DNA from: Trypanosoma brucei | Lineage: Eukaryota | Length of the DNA stretch: 64,000 nucleotides | Assembly: GCA_000002445.1 (NCBI GenBank) | Contig: AL929603.2 | Span: forward strand, 480,001 to 544,000 | Direction of reading: 5' to 3' | Part shown: positions 1 to 10,278 of the stretch, piece by piece | Position numbering within the stretch: the stretch's first letter is position 1 | Layout of the letters: each line of letters opens with the position of its first letter | Notes under the pieces: generated by a model | Database searches by the model: none | Told to the model about the DNA's origin: nothing | The model's input: only the letters and a program-made list of their open reading frames with translations | Translations under genes and position numbers: made by a program

Positions 1-147
1 AAACCGCGAAAACGTCTCATCAGTCGCCGTAGGAACCGCCTGTGGTATGAAAACGCACTCGCTGATGCGAAAATAGTCCGGAGTCCGCTATGGGAACACC
101 TTGACGATTCCGACGATGCGGCAGTTTTTGAGGGGTGGAACTCAAAA

Positions 148-1677
148 ATGCGGAGGCCCCGGAAGAATTTTTTCTACCACGGGGCCGGGCAAAGTTTCGA
201 TGGTGCTGAAGTGATTGATTCCCTATTCATGTTGGCGTGGATGGAAGAGCAGATGGGGAGAAGGAAGAAACAGGAGGGAACTCAAGGTGATGGAAACGCA
301 ACTATTTTTCGAGGCGGGTCCGCGGAGAATAACGTTGACCGCAAGGCTAATAATGTAAAAGGGAAAGAACAACAGCAGCAACTGGTCAATGAGGAGTCGA
401 AACGCCACGAAACTCATCCCACCGTGAGGGAAGATGAAACAGACCACAACCCCGTGGAGTGTCAAGGGTATAATAGGAGTAGGACCGGTGAAAGTCTTGA
501 GTTGACGCCGAATTCGTGTGATATATCGTTCAAAAGCATGTTTAGCACCAGATCGAGGAAACGTAGCGGACGTGGGGATCGCCTACGGTTTTCATGCGCC
601 AGTTTGTACAAGGAGTATAGCAACATCAACACTGAGGAATGCGAAGAGAAAGGGGTTGGTGAGATCCGTGTGATGGAATGCGCGCGACAGCTTGGAAAGG
701 CTGCTGAGGAGCAATTACAGGAGGGAAGCCGTGGGAGCCGCCGTGTTATGGACTCCACTTCTTGCGGTATTCGTGAACTTCATTCCATTCAATTAGCAGA
801 ACTACCCGATAGTGTTGTGAAATGCCCCTCGGGAAGGCGACAGAGCGGAGAGCATATGTTACCCAAACTTGTAAAGGGGCGTGGGGAAACAATCCACAAC
901 ACCAGCGAGGGAACGGCACCCCTCTCCGTTCTTCGTAAAAAGCTGACCCACACCAGGGGACATAAGACTTCGGTATCTGACAAAACCTATCCACAGAATG
1001 CTCCGTTCATAACTAAGGGACAAAAGTCTGCCACACTTCGGAACAAGGAAGGGGGAGGAGATGTGAGCACAACGAATCAACCAGATAGTTCATTAGGTGT
1101 TACGACCCAACGGCAGGGCAAAGGCAGAAATGTAAGCAGCAAATCCACTCACGGGAACGCTTCAACGTTTACGTTGAGCAACATATTTGTCAACCATATG
1201 GGATCATTTTCATCCTCAGTGTCACCACTAGCCCCTCATCTCCGGAAAAAGGAACTTTCCACGGGAACTCAGCAACGTAGCGGTCGTTCCAAAAACGATA
1301 CGCACTGCGAAGGCTCGGTTCGGTCACGAGCTCCCCAGAAACTGAAACGTATCGTGTACCCCGAGTTCTTAAATGCACAAAGTGGTGGTGAACACCGGGA
1401 AGACAACCATATCACCACGATTCAAACGCCCCGTTCATGTGGGAGTGGCTATTTTGTGAATTGTGAAGGCATGAGGTCCACCTCCGTTTCATGTAGTCGT
1501 CATATGGGAGGCGGCGCTAAAGACTCCAGCATTTCCACTTTTGAAGATACATTTTGCTGCAGAGGCAGTTCTCTCCTGCAAGTGATGTGCAACACAGACA
1601 AAAATTACGCTACAGATCGGGAGCAGACAAACTCCACTGGCAATTTATGCTCTAGTGTGAACCCATATTACTTTTAA
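148..1677 (+). CDS. hypothetical protein, low-complexity Ser/Arg/Lys/Thr-rich; may be truncated or extend upstream of the window
   Basis: 509-aa ORF on the same strand as the downstream polycistron. No recognisable domain and biased composition. The start sits near the window edge, so the true N-terminus is unknown. Confidence 0.3.
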   Translation: MRRPRKNFFYHGAGQSFDGAEVIDSLFMLAWMEEQMGRRKKQEGTQGDGNATIFRGGSAENNVDRKANNVKGKEQQQQLVNEESKRHETHPTVREDETDHNPVECQGYNRSRTGESLELTPNSCDISFKSMFSTRSRKRSGRGDRLRFSCASLYKEYSNINTEECEEKGVGEIRVMECARQLGKAAEEQLQEGSRGSRRVMDSTSCGIRELHSIQLAELPDSVVKCPSGRRQSGEHMLPKLVKGRGETIHNTSEGTAPLSVLRKKLTHTRGHKTSVSDKTYPQNAPFITKGQKSATLRNKEGGGDVSTTNQPDSSLGVTTQRQGKGRNVSSKSTHGNASTFTLSNIFVNHMGSFSSSVSPLAPHLRKKELSTGTQQRSGRSKNDTHCEGSVRSRAPQKLKRIVYPEFLNAQSGGEHREDNHITTIQTPRSCGSGYFVNCEGMRSTSVSCSRHMGGGAKDSSISTFEDTFCCRGSSLLQVMCNTDKNYATDREQTNSTGNLCSSVNPYYF

Positions 1678-4095
1678 GCGTGCTGCGGCGCAACTTCATG
1701 AATCAAGTCACGGGAGCAACGAAATAAGAATATCAAAAGTCTTAAAAATGAGGAAAACAAGAAGTGATCAAACGACGTTTACGATTGCTTATGCTAATTG
1801 GCTTTGAAAGGAAGAATTATCGCCATAGAAGAGAGAGAGAGAGAGAGAGAGTAAGGATGTCACTAACCCTATTTTCCTTTACAGTCGCTCAGTTTTGCTG
1901 TTTCTTCTTATATTCCCTTACAAATTTCCCTAGCTTTTTTTTATTTCCTTGTTCGCACGTATTCAGATTTGTTCTTTTCTTCTTTACTTCGTTTGTTGCT
2001 TGTGTTTTATTTTTTTTTCGTCATTTACAAGTTCTGTACTTTTTATTGTCGTTGTTGCCATTTGCTCGTTCCCACATGAGCGCTGCTAAAATCCCTTCTC
2101 CGCTTCTTCACTCCGGACTTACTTTTAGCTGCCATCCTTTTCATTGTTTGTTTGATGTTCCCCCCCCCCCCACGTGTTATCGCTCCGCATTTCATTTATT
2201 TATTTATTACAAAAATATATGAACAAACAAAGATATGCGCACGCATGTGTTTGAGGGCATTTGTATATTTGTGAATACGTCCCTTGAAATGTGCCACTGA
2301 ACCGCCCTATTTTCAAAAACAGATCGGTCGTCGTATTATTGCTATTTATTTCCATTTTTTTTTTTCATAAAACCAGGTACACCAAAAAAAAAATTGAAAG
2401 AATTGTTGGACGAACTTGCGCTTATGAGCTCACTTAGTTAGCGGGTACAAAATGAATAAAATAAATAAATAACTTTTTTTTTTAAAGTGCGGGGATAAAT
2501 AAAAAATAACACAAACAGCTGAACTTCTAGAAGAGGTGTCTTGACCACTTTTTTTTTTATTCACTTCGTTTTGTTCCCATACCTTAATCTCGTTCGCCTT
2601 TTTCAATCATTAAATAAGCTTCCATTATTACGATTGAGAGTTTTCGCTTTATTTATTTTCCCGTAAATATATATATATATATATATTAGAAGTGAAAGAA
2701 CGAATAAATAAATAGTGAGGTGCTCCCTTAACGGAGTGAATTCTGTTATGTTATGTTTTTTGTTAACTCTTCTCTTCATTTTTTTTTCGCGCGGTTAAGA
2801 ATGGAGCTCCGCTCGAATTGCATTTGAGTACTGAGCTTTCCTGCTGAAAGTGAGGGAACTGCTTTCGAAGTAACATACGGATAAATTTGCCGTTTGTTTG
2901 AAAATTTACTAATTTATTTGTATTTTAATTTTTTATCTATTTCCTTTGTGTCCTCATTCCTGCTACATTTTTTTTTATAAGTATTGAGTTGCAGAGCTTA
3001 GGAGGAATAAACACGTAGTTTTTTTTTTTACTGCATCATTTTTGTTTGTTTGAGACCTCCGGAAGTTCCTGGTTTTCTCCCTTTTTATTTATTTTGTTTC
3101 ATTTGTGTTTGATCATATGTATTCGCTTATTAATATTTTTGATTCATCTGCCTGTGTGCATTACTAGTGATTTTATAGTGGGTGGGCATCGGAGTAGTGA
3201 ATTGTTTGTTTGTTTTACCCTCAATTCCGCACTATATATATATATATATTTATTTATTTATTTACTGTGTTGTTTGTGTTGTTAACATTGCGATCGCCGT
3301 TTGCTACTGTTTGCTCGCAGTTTTAACACATAGTTTATTTAATTATGTGTTTGAGTTTATTGATGTTTATGATATTTGTGTTTCGGATGTATTTTTGTTC
3401 GCAGTGGGGCACCGCTGGACGCTTTCGCGCAAAAAATAAATATACGTTAATTTTGAAAGCGCTGGGAGGTTAGGTGTTGCGGAGAAGCCGCATAATTTTT
3501 TTGATACCTTTTCGCGTGTTGGTGTTGTTGTTTTTTGACGTGCCGCAGCCGCAGCTTTAATTTCTAAGGAACTCAATGAGTTTACAAAAAAAGGAGGTAG
3601 GGCGCCTTCGGGTGGACATTTTGTTGGTTCTCAAACGTCATTTTTTTTTTTAATAAATAAATAAATATATATATATATATATAATGTACTGCCAAATCTG
3701 TTGTTTCACCATCTCGTCATCACTACCACCGCTGCTTTGCTTAAGCAAGCGGCTGATGATATGTTCAAGTGTTCCCTCTCATTCCCGTTATTTCTTCCCT
3801 TTGCACGTGGCACAAGCACATCAGGGGACGGTGAAGAGGGAACCGAAGAATTCTTACAAAAAGAAAAAGACGTCGTAGTTCGCAATCAACTCCACAAGAA
3901 ATATATATATATATATATTTAAATATATAACTATTTAGGGAAGGGGAAAGGAAATAATAGAACGGAATCGTGAAAAACATACTATTGCTGCATGCTTGTG
4001 CGGGCGATAGTTCGGTGCTTGTCAACTTGCTATAGTTCCTATTAGGAGCTCAGTTCCCGGCGTTGGTATTCCCTCCGCCACCAGTGAAATTATCA

Positions 4096-4140
4096 TATTT
4101 GTTGTTGTATTGTTTTATTTTTTTGTTTATCTTGAAATTT
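4096..4140 (+). promoter_or_regulatory. polypyrimidine tract (candidate trans-splicing signal) upstream of the 4190 ATG
   Basis: T/C-rich run (ttgttgttgtattgttttatttttttgtttatctt) about 50-90 nt upstream of the ATG, followed by AG dinucleotides. This is the typical kinetoplastid splice-acceptor context. Confidence 0.5.
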
Positions 4141-4189
4141 ACGACGGCCAACTGCGGGAAAAAGAGGAGGTAACTACGGAGCAGCGCAA

Positions 4190-7100
4190 ATGAATGAATC
4201 CCACATGTGTCATCAAAGGCCTGTTTGCCTCAACGCCTTCACAAAACAACCCGCTTCGTCACTGGCGTTGGCGCCAACAGCCGCAGTTACGCATAAGGTG
4301 AACAGTATGAAAGTGCAACCAACGGCGGATGCACTAAAAAGCAAAATTACGCTCAATGAGGGACTGACATGTATTGATTTCCAACCGGGACGTCACCTCC
4401 TAGCTATTGGGTGCACGAAAGTTGTTCATATTTTGGAAGTGAAGCAACTGGCAGAGGGGAACCAGTCTTTCACTCCAACGCGTAGTGATAGCGGAAAGAG
4501 AGGAGGTGCGGAGAGTGAAGCTTTCCAGTCATCACATCTGCCTCATTCCTCCGGTCACATGGGACTCCGGCAGTGTGGTACGTTTTGTAATATTTCAAAG
4601 GTGGAAGCAGTTGCTTGGTACCCGGATACAGGTGAAGATGTGCTTGCCTTTGTGCAGCGAAATCGTAACATCACGATATTGTTCGACACTATCTCTGTCA
4701 AATCTAACAGACGCGTAACCAAACAGTGGATCCACAAGGCTTCAGATCGATGTCTTATCTCTTCCATGGAGGCGGGGAGTTCTCTGTCAAGTACAGCGGT
4801 GGTAAATGCTTTGAATGCCACCTGCACGCCCATCTTCGGTGGGTCAGCACCAGAGGTACCGCATCCTACTTTCCATGCGAAGCGTGACCGTGAGGGGCGT
4901 GGTATGGTTGAAGTGATTATCCCGACCGGTCACAACCACGTGGAGCGCATCGCCTGGGACCCACACAACGCATACACGTTGGCTCTGGCAGCTGATGCGA
5001 CTCATTTCGAGCTATGGCATATCCCAGTCGTTGATGATCATGTTCACATGCCGCGCCTCATCCTAAGGCCACCAGCTCATGACGAGCGTTCCACGACGCG
5101 GAGCGTCGCCTTTTCCCCTTCTAACCCTAATCTCATTGTCGTAGCGGTGCAGCTGACCAACGCGGGAAAGGTTATGATATATGATCGCCGTCATGTAGAG
5201 GTTCCACGCTGCGTGACGACGATGGGACCGTGTTTTGCCGCCTCATTCCACCCCGTTTACTGTGATTTACTTGCCGTATGCTGTCGAAAAACGAAAGCGA
5301 AGACGGATTCTCGAGTGCAGTTCTTTCGTGTGATGGATGAAATGCGCCCAGTGGGAGTGTTGAAACTACCCGCTCCCGCAAGTGTTGACAGTGGCGCTAC
5401 CACTTTCCATTCCACAGGAGCCAACTCCGCGTGGCCTGTGACGGAGCAGAATATCCTTCCACCCATCGACACTGTTGACCCTCTTAATAGACTTCGCTGG
5501 CGCCCTGCTGTGAAGGGATCTCAGGGAACAGCAGTGGATGTCACCGTCGACTCTGCAGAGGCAATAATTGACAAAATATCCTCGCAGTTGTGGTTTGCCA
5601 CGACATCGATTAATGGTCAAGAGGTCAGTGTATGGGATGCATCCAACGTCTTTTGTCCAATCTTTTCCATCAAAAGTATATCTAACAGGCGGAATGTGTC
5701 ACAACGTGAGCGCACCTTACGGGAGCCGACGGATTGTGTTTGGGTAAACGCGTTGACGCTGGTATGCGTGTTTAAAGATGGGGAAGTGGAGCTTATCTCA
5801 CTATTTGATGAGGCGACAGAAAGCAATGAGACGCTATTTCGTTGCGCGAGTGAGACGACTACCACTAGTGACCCAAGTAGCGACACTACCATCAACAAGA
5901 TGGTGGATCCGGGTACATTCAGCCTTGCGGCCGTACTTCCCACCGCTGCTATAGTGCCAGATTTTTTTGGTCAATGTTTGGTTGTACGCAACTCTTCTTC
6001 AGCGCTGCGCGAGTACTATGCCAATGCGATACGTGCAGACAAGGGTAAAATACTGGAACTAATGTTGTTAGAATACGGCGCGGAGTGGGGCAGCAGCATC
6101 AGCGGAGACGGAATCACTTCATCCAGTGCCGCTTCGTTTCCAATATCAGGCACCTCCTCAAGTACAGGACTGGGAGCGGTGTCACGTGGTCTTAGGGGTA
6201 CTACTCGTATAGCCCCCGTCGCACAAACACCAGCAGACCGAAGCCAGTCGTCTCAAATAAACGCAACATTTCGCCACAGCCATACGCGACCGTTATTACC
6301 GAACTCGGGGTCATCTGTTGATCGTTCGCGCAGTCCGTTCGTTCTCGGGGCAGAGACCCCGGGAGTAGCAACCGCCGGCGTCGCGTCGGCAGCGGGAAGG
6401 CGGCACGAGTCGCTATTCCCATTTCTGATCTCCCTTGCTTTGCAGGCACAAACAACGAGCACGCCGAGAGATAACCTCCCTACTACCAGTGCTCCAGCGG
6501 CCTCAAGTGGAGATGTGCTAGAATTAGCACCTGACCGAGAAAAGCAACAGGAAGAACCTCATCGAACAACCGCAAGTCATGTCATCACGGCTCCGCCGCG
6601 GCGAAGTAATTCGACATCCCACAACGGCTGCGCTGATATATGTTATGAAAAGAGCCCAGATGGGAACGCGCGGACAGTTGGGATGCGACCGAGTCACAAC
6701 GCATTTTTGAGGCAAGAACGTCAGCAGATGCCCGCTATGTCTCCCTCTACACCCAAAATACCCTGTGCGGACATACTTGAGTTAGTGCTCCCTGCAGTAC
6801 TGTGTCCGAACAGCGCCTCCATTATAAGCCCCCTTTCACTTATGGGATCAGGAAGCGACTACAGCCGGTGCATGTTACCAAACGCTGGTGTCGCTCCTGG
6901 CAGTTGCAAGAGTAGTGAAGTCTTGAACTCCCCACTCAGTGATTTGCCATATACGCGGGGGGTACCGTACTCCTTCAGAGAATACGGTGCCAGTGGTCGA
7001 AGCACCAGCCCCCGTTCGTCCGCTGTGGCGTCACCAACTGGCTTACCAAAGCATTCTTTAGCACAACCACTACTACTGGGAGTGAAGTCACATGTGAATC

Positions 7101-8521
7101 CAGTGATTGAACATCACATCATCTCCTCCGACATGCCCAATCTTACTTATGTCGAGCGCCTGTCAGAGCACGACGCGTTTGTACGCTATGCTAGGGAGTG
7201 GGATGTTGGGTATGATGTTGCCCGAAAGATGATAAGCGACCGCTATTCCGTCAGATGCTCAACGGATAATACAGAATACGAAGAGCGTAAAGAGGGCCAA
7301 TATTTAGCCAACAAACGCCACGTAGACAGACGCTTTGCGAGACTTATGGCACACAACGCAAAAGTTTGTTTTATTCACGAACGTACTATGCGTCTAAAAG
7401 TTGGCGCCTACTCAAGGGAGGGAATAGCGAATAGTAGTTGTGAAACAGAGGAAAGAGGACTGTGCAACGACCTCAACAGTTTTGCAGGGCAGTCAGCCGA
7501 TATTCGTGGGTCTTTATGGGCATCCGCCAAGGAAATATGGCGTAACCACAACGTGCCATACATCGCTTCACACGTGGCTTTACTTTTAGACTACGCATCA
7601 CTAACTGGTGACGTCCAGTTCTGTACAGTACTGTACCTTCTGTTCTGTTTATGGTGGGAGCAACGACACGGGTCCATGCTTAGCCACCCCTGTCCATTTC
7701 TTCCCAGTGCTAACGCTAATGCGAGAGAAGGCCACAACAGGAAATCAAGCCAGTCTGCAGTCACAACTTCTGAGGTTGGTGGATGCTCCCCACAACGTTG
7801 GCGGTTGCGAGCACTCCAATGGGTGGAGCAGTATGCATCACGCCTGTATGCAATGAAGTTATACGTCCCTATTAACGAGTTGTTGCTAGTTGTTCCCCAT
7901 GTATTAGGAGACTCCAACTCAGGTTTACCGCGGTCAGAAGAAATTGCGCAGAAGCTATTTACGTATTTGTATTGTGGAGTGTGTAGGAAAACCGAGATCG
8001 TGCCACATCACACGATGAGAGAGAAACTAGGATATCTACCGTCAAGTTTGTCGGAACAGTTATCGCTTGGAAGGAGTGGAGGGGAAGACGACAGGCAGGC
8101 AAAAACTGATCACAGTAGTGATGAATGCACAGAAACGTGTGATTCCAGCGGCGATTCGACACCACTGTCAAGCATGCGTTCTTCGTCAAGCTCTCTTTCT
8201 GCGCTTGATGGAAAAGACACGCTGGGAAGTGTTGTCGGCAGTGAAGTTATAGCTTCAGAAAGGATGAAACCAACGAGTGCTGCTTCATACGCCGGAAACG
8301 AGCCTTCAATTTGTGGGCCCGTCACATATCGTAATGCTGTTTGTAGGAGTTGTACCAGTAACTCCCTCATGACTTGTATGATATGTGAGGAAGAAGTGGA
8401 GGGGATGTATATGTGGCTGCGTTGCTGTGGCCACGGTGGGCATGTGCAGCACATCGAGGAGTGGCTTTCGATAAGCAATGAGTGCCCCCTATGCGGCGTG
8501 CCTATTATGATGAAAGAGTGA
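4190..8521 (+). CDS. large WD40-like N-terminal / C-terminal RING-H2-like zinc-finger protein (HOPS/CORVET Vps-class or SEA/GATOR2-like architecture; family not resolved)
   Basis: 1443-aa ORF. The N-terminal third has several WD-repeat-like blocks (IAWDPHNAYTLALAAD, VAFSPSNPNLIVVAV, ASFHPVYCDLLAVCC). The extreme C-terminus has a RING-H2-like spacing, CMICEEEV...WLRCCGHGGHVQHIEEWLSISNECPLCGVP (C-x2-C ... C-x-H-x2-H-x2-H ... C-x2-C), and a Ser-rich linker sits in the middle. Confidence 0.85.
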   Translation: MNESHMCHQRPVCLNAFTKQPASSLALAPTAAVTHKVNSMKVQPTADALKSKITLNEGLTCIDFQPGRHLLAIGCTKVVHILEVKQLAEGNQSFTPTRSDSGKRGGAESEAFQSSHLPHSSGHMGLRQCGTFCNISKVEAVAWYPDTGEDVLAFVQRNRNITILFDTISVKSNRRVTKQWIHKASDRCLISSMEAGSSLSSTAVVNALNATCTPIFGGSAPEVPHPTFHAKRDREGRGMVEVIIPTGHNHVERIAWDPHNAYTLALAADATHFELWHIPVVDDHVHMPRLILRPPAHDERSTTRSVAFSPSNPNLIVVAVQLTNAGKVMIYDRRHVEVPRCVTTMGPCFAASFHPVYCDLLAVCCRKTKAKTDSRVQFFRVMDEMRPVGVLKLPAPASVDSGATTFHSTGANSAWPVTEQNILPPIDTVDPLNRLRWRPAVKGSQGTAVDVTVDSAEAIIDKISSQLWFATTSINGQEVSVWDASNVFCPIFSIKSISNRRNVSQRERTLREPTDCVWVNALTLVCVFKDGEVELISLFDEATESNETLFRCASETTTTSDPSSDTTINKMVDPGTFSLAAVLPTAAIVPDFFGQCLVVRNSSSALREYYANAIRADKGKILELMLLEYGAEWGSSISGDGITSSSAASFPISGTSSSTGLGAVSRGLRGTTRIAPVAQTPADRSQSSQINATFRHSHTRPLLPNSGSSVDRSRSPFVLGAETPGVATAGVASAAGRRHESLFPFLISLALQAQTTSTPRDNLPTTSAPAASSGDVLELAPDREKQQEEPHRTTASHVITAPPRRSNSTSHNGCADICYEKSPDGNARTVGMRPSHNAFLRQERQQMPAMSPSTPKIPCADILELVLPAVLCPNSASIISPLSLMGSGSDYSRCMLPNAGVAPGSCKSSEVLNSPLSDLPYTRGVPYSFREYGASGRSTSPRSSAVASPTGLPKHSLAQPLLLGVKSHVNPVIEHHIISSDMPNLTYVERLSEHDAFVRYAREWDVGYDVARKMISDRYSVRCSTDNTEYEERKEGQYLANKRHVDRRFARLMAHNAKVCFIHERTMRLKVGAYSREGIANSSCETEERGLCNDLNSFAGQSADIRGSLWASAKEIWRNHNVPYIASHVALLLDYASLTGDVQFCTVLYLLFCLWWEQRHGSMLSHPCPFLPSANANAREGHNRKSSQSAVTTSEVGGCSPQRWRLRALQWVEQYASRLYAMKLYVPINELLLVVPHVLGDSNSGLPRSEEIAQKLFTYLYCGVCRKTEIVPHHTMREKLGYLPSSLSEQLSLGRSGGEDDRQAKTDHSSDECTETCDSSGDSTPLSSMRSSSSSLSALDGKDTLGSVVGSEVIASERMKPTSAASYAGNEPSICGPVTYRNAVCRSCTSNSLMTCMICEEEVEGMYMWLRCCGHGGHVQHIEEWLSISNECPLCGVPIMMKE

Positions 8522-8975
8522 ACTGTTTGCGTAGACGTGGTTTGTCTGTAGAGTTATCGGCGTCCACCGAGACAACTCTACCTGGTAAGTTCCTTCATCT
8601 ACATCAAGGGTGCATTTGAATGACCATATACACTTTCTTCCGTCGTTATGGCCCCAATCTCATTGACTTAGGAAAAGGAGAAAACAAGGGAAATAGGGGT
8701 TTTTTAGTTGCTTTTCATACAGAGCGTGTTTTAAGTTTCTGTGCAAACAAAGCCGAACAACTTTCTTCCCACGCGCGGACGTCCGCCAACTCTACAGTTT
8801 GGCGTGAAGAGCATGTATTTTTCCTCAACTGAGACTAAGCTACCAAACGATTACGCTTCCCTTAGCTTTGTTTTTTCCTGTCCTATCATTGTTCTACGTC
8901 CAATATACTTGCTTTATGTTTTCTAACCCTTGTAACGCTGTGCGCGAGTGGAGTGGGGCGAACACAAACAGCACG

Positions 8976-8997
8976 TATATATATATATATATATATA
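8976..8997. repeat. (TA)n microsatellite
   Basis: tatatatatatatatatatata immediately upstream of the 9019 ATG, in intergenic DNA. Confidence 0.9.
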
Positions 8998-9018
8998 CAG
9001 ATATAGACACATAGAAGG

Positions 9019-10245
9019 ATGCCGTCGCCCAAACTCCTGTATTCGGTGGGTTTACCTGAATTTTATGCTGATGGCTTTGCGTTAGCCGTACCACCCCCGC
9101 CACCGGCAGACATGCCTTCACCCTTCCTTGCACGTCGGCAGGAAGGGAGTAGTGAAGAACAAGGTAAAGAGGAAGAAAGCGTGGGATTTACTCCGAGAAA
9201 CTTCCTAGTGGCACCCCATGTGTCACAGGCCACTCCTACCCCAAGCACCACATTGACGTCCAGCGATCCATGCACAGTTTCCGCCCCTCATGTGCACGTC
9301 TCGGAAACCTTGTCAGATCACCTAGGGCCATGCACCTCATCCACGCAGAGTTTTCAGACTCCGAACAATGCGACAGCAGGCACCTCTAGCACAACGCCGA
9401 CCTACGAGCTGGCACAGCTGTTGTGTGATGCCGTGATGAAGTGTTACAGACGGGAGGATGAGCTTCGGCAACAACTGCGAAGGGTGGATGAGGAGAAAGA
9501 GGACGGTGGGTGGCGTGCATATAACAGTAAATTGAACAGCAAGGAAGTGGCACCTCGTTCAGGGGCATTTCCACGTATGGTTGATAGCATCCACTCGCTG
9601 AAGTGCAGGCGCCGCCAGCAGGTGCAGTTGAACGAAAATCACATGCTAAACGTGACGCGGGTGAGGGAGACACCCCAACTGGTGAGGGATGCAGTGCAAT
9701 ATGCTCAACAGCTTATCGAATGGCGCTCTAACAGCGACGACAACTCTAACATCAGCGTTGATCCAATCTCGTCTAACACGGAGTTCCCAAACACAGAAAA
9801 AAGACATCAGCACGGACGCGCGGAGCCGCCAACTCAGCCAAACCACCCATGTGGTGAGGGTCGTGATTCTAGTCATATGCTTTATGCAAAGTATCCACCT
9901 CCACTATTCCATACAACATCATTCGCCGACGGTGTTACACGGCTCCTGAGGTGGATTCGAACATGGCAGCGATCATCCTCGGCAGCTGAGGCCGCCGAAC
10001 GGGCCCCCAATGGGAGAAGAAACTTGAAGAGAAAGAGAAACACTACGACGGAAACGGAGTCCAAGAAAAGAGCAATCTCTTCAACGGGGTTTCCAGCTTC
10101 CAACGAGGTGGATCTGAAGGGGCGTAAGCAAGGGGCAAGAGGCGGAGTGGTAGGAGTAGGTAGCACGGCAAATGCGAGCGTTGAAAGCAGAAGCTCCAGC
10201 AGCAGTTCGTCCAGCAGCAGTAGCAGCTCGAGCAGTAGTAGTTCT

Positions 10246-10278
<33 letters not shown>

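Noticed and set aside
1764-2222. 152-aa ORF in the intergenic DNA after the first ORF
   Set aside because: It is a Phe/Leu/Ser-rich translation of T-rich low-complexity intergenic DNA containing (GA)n and poly-C runs.
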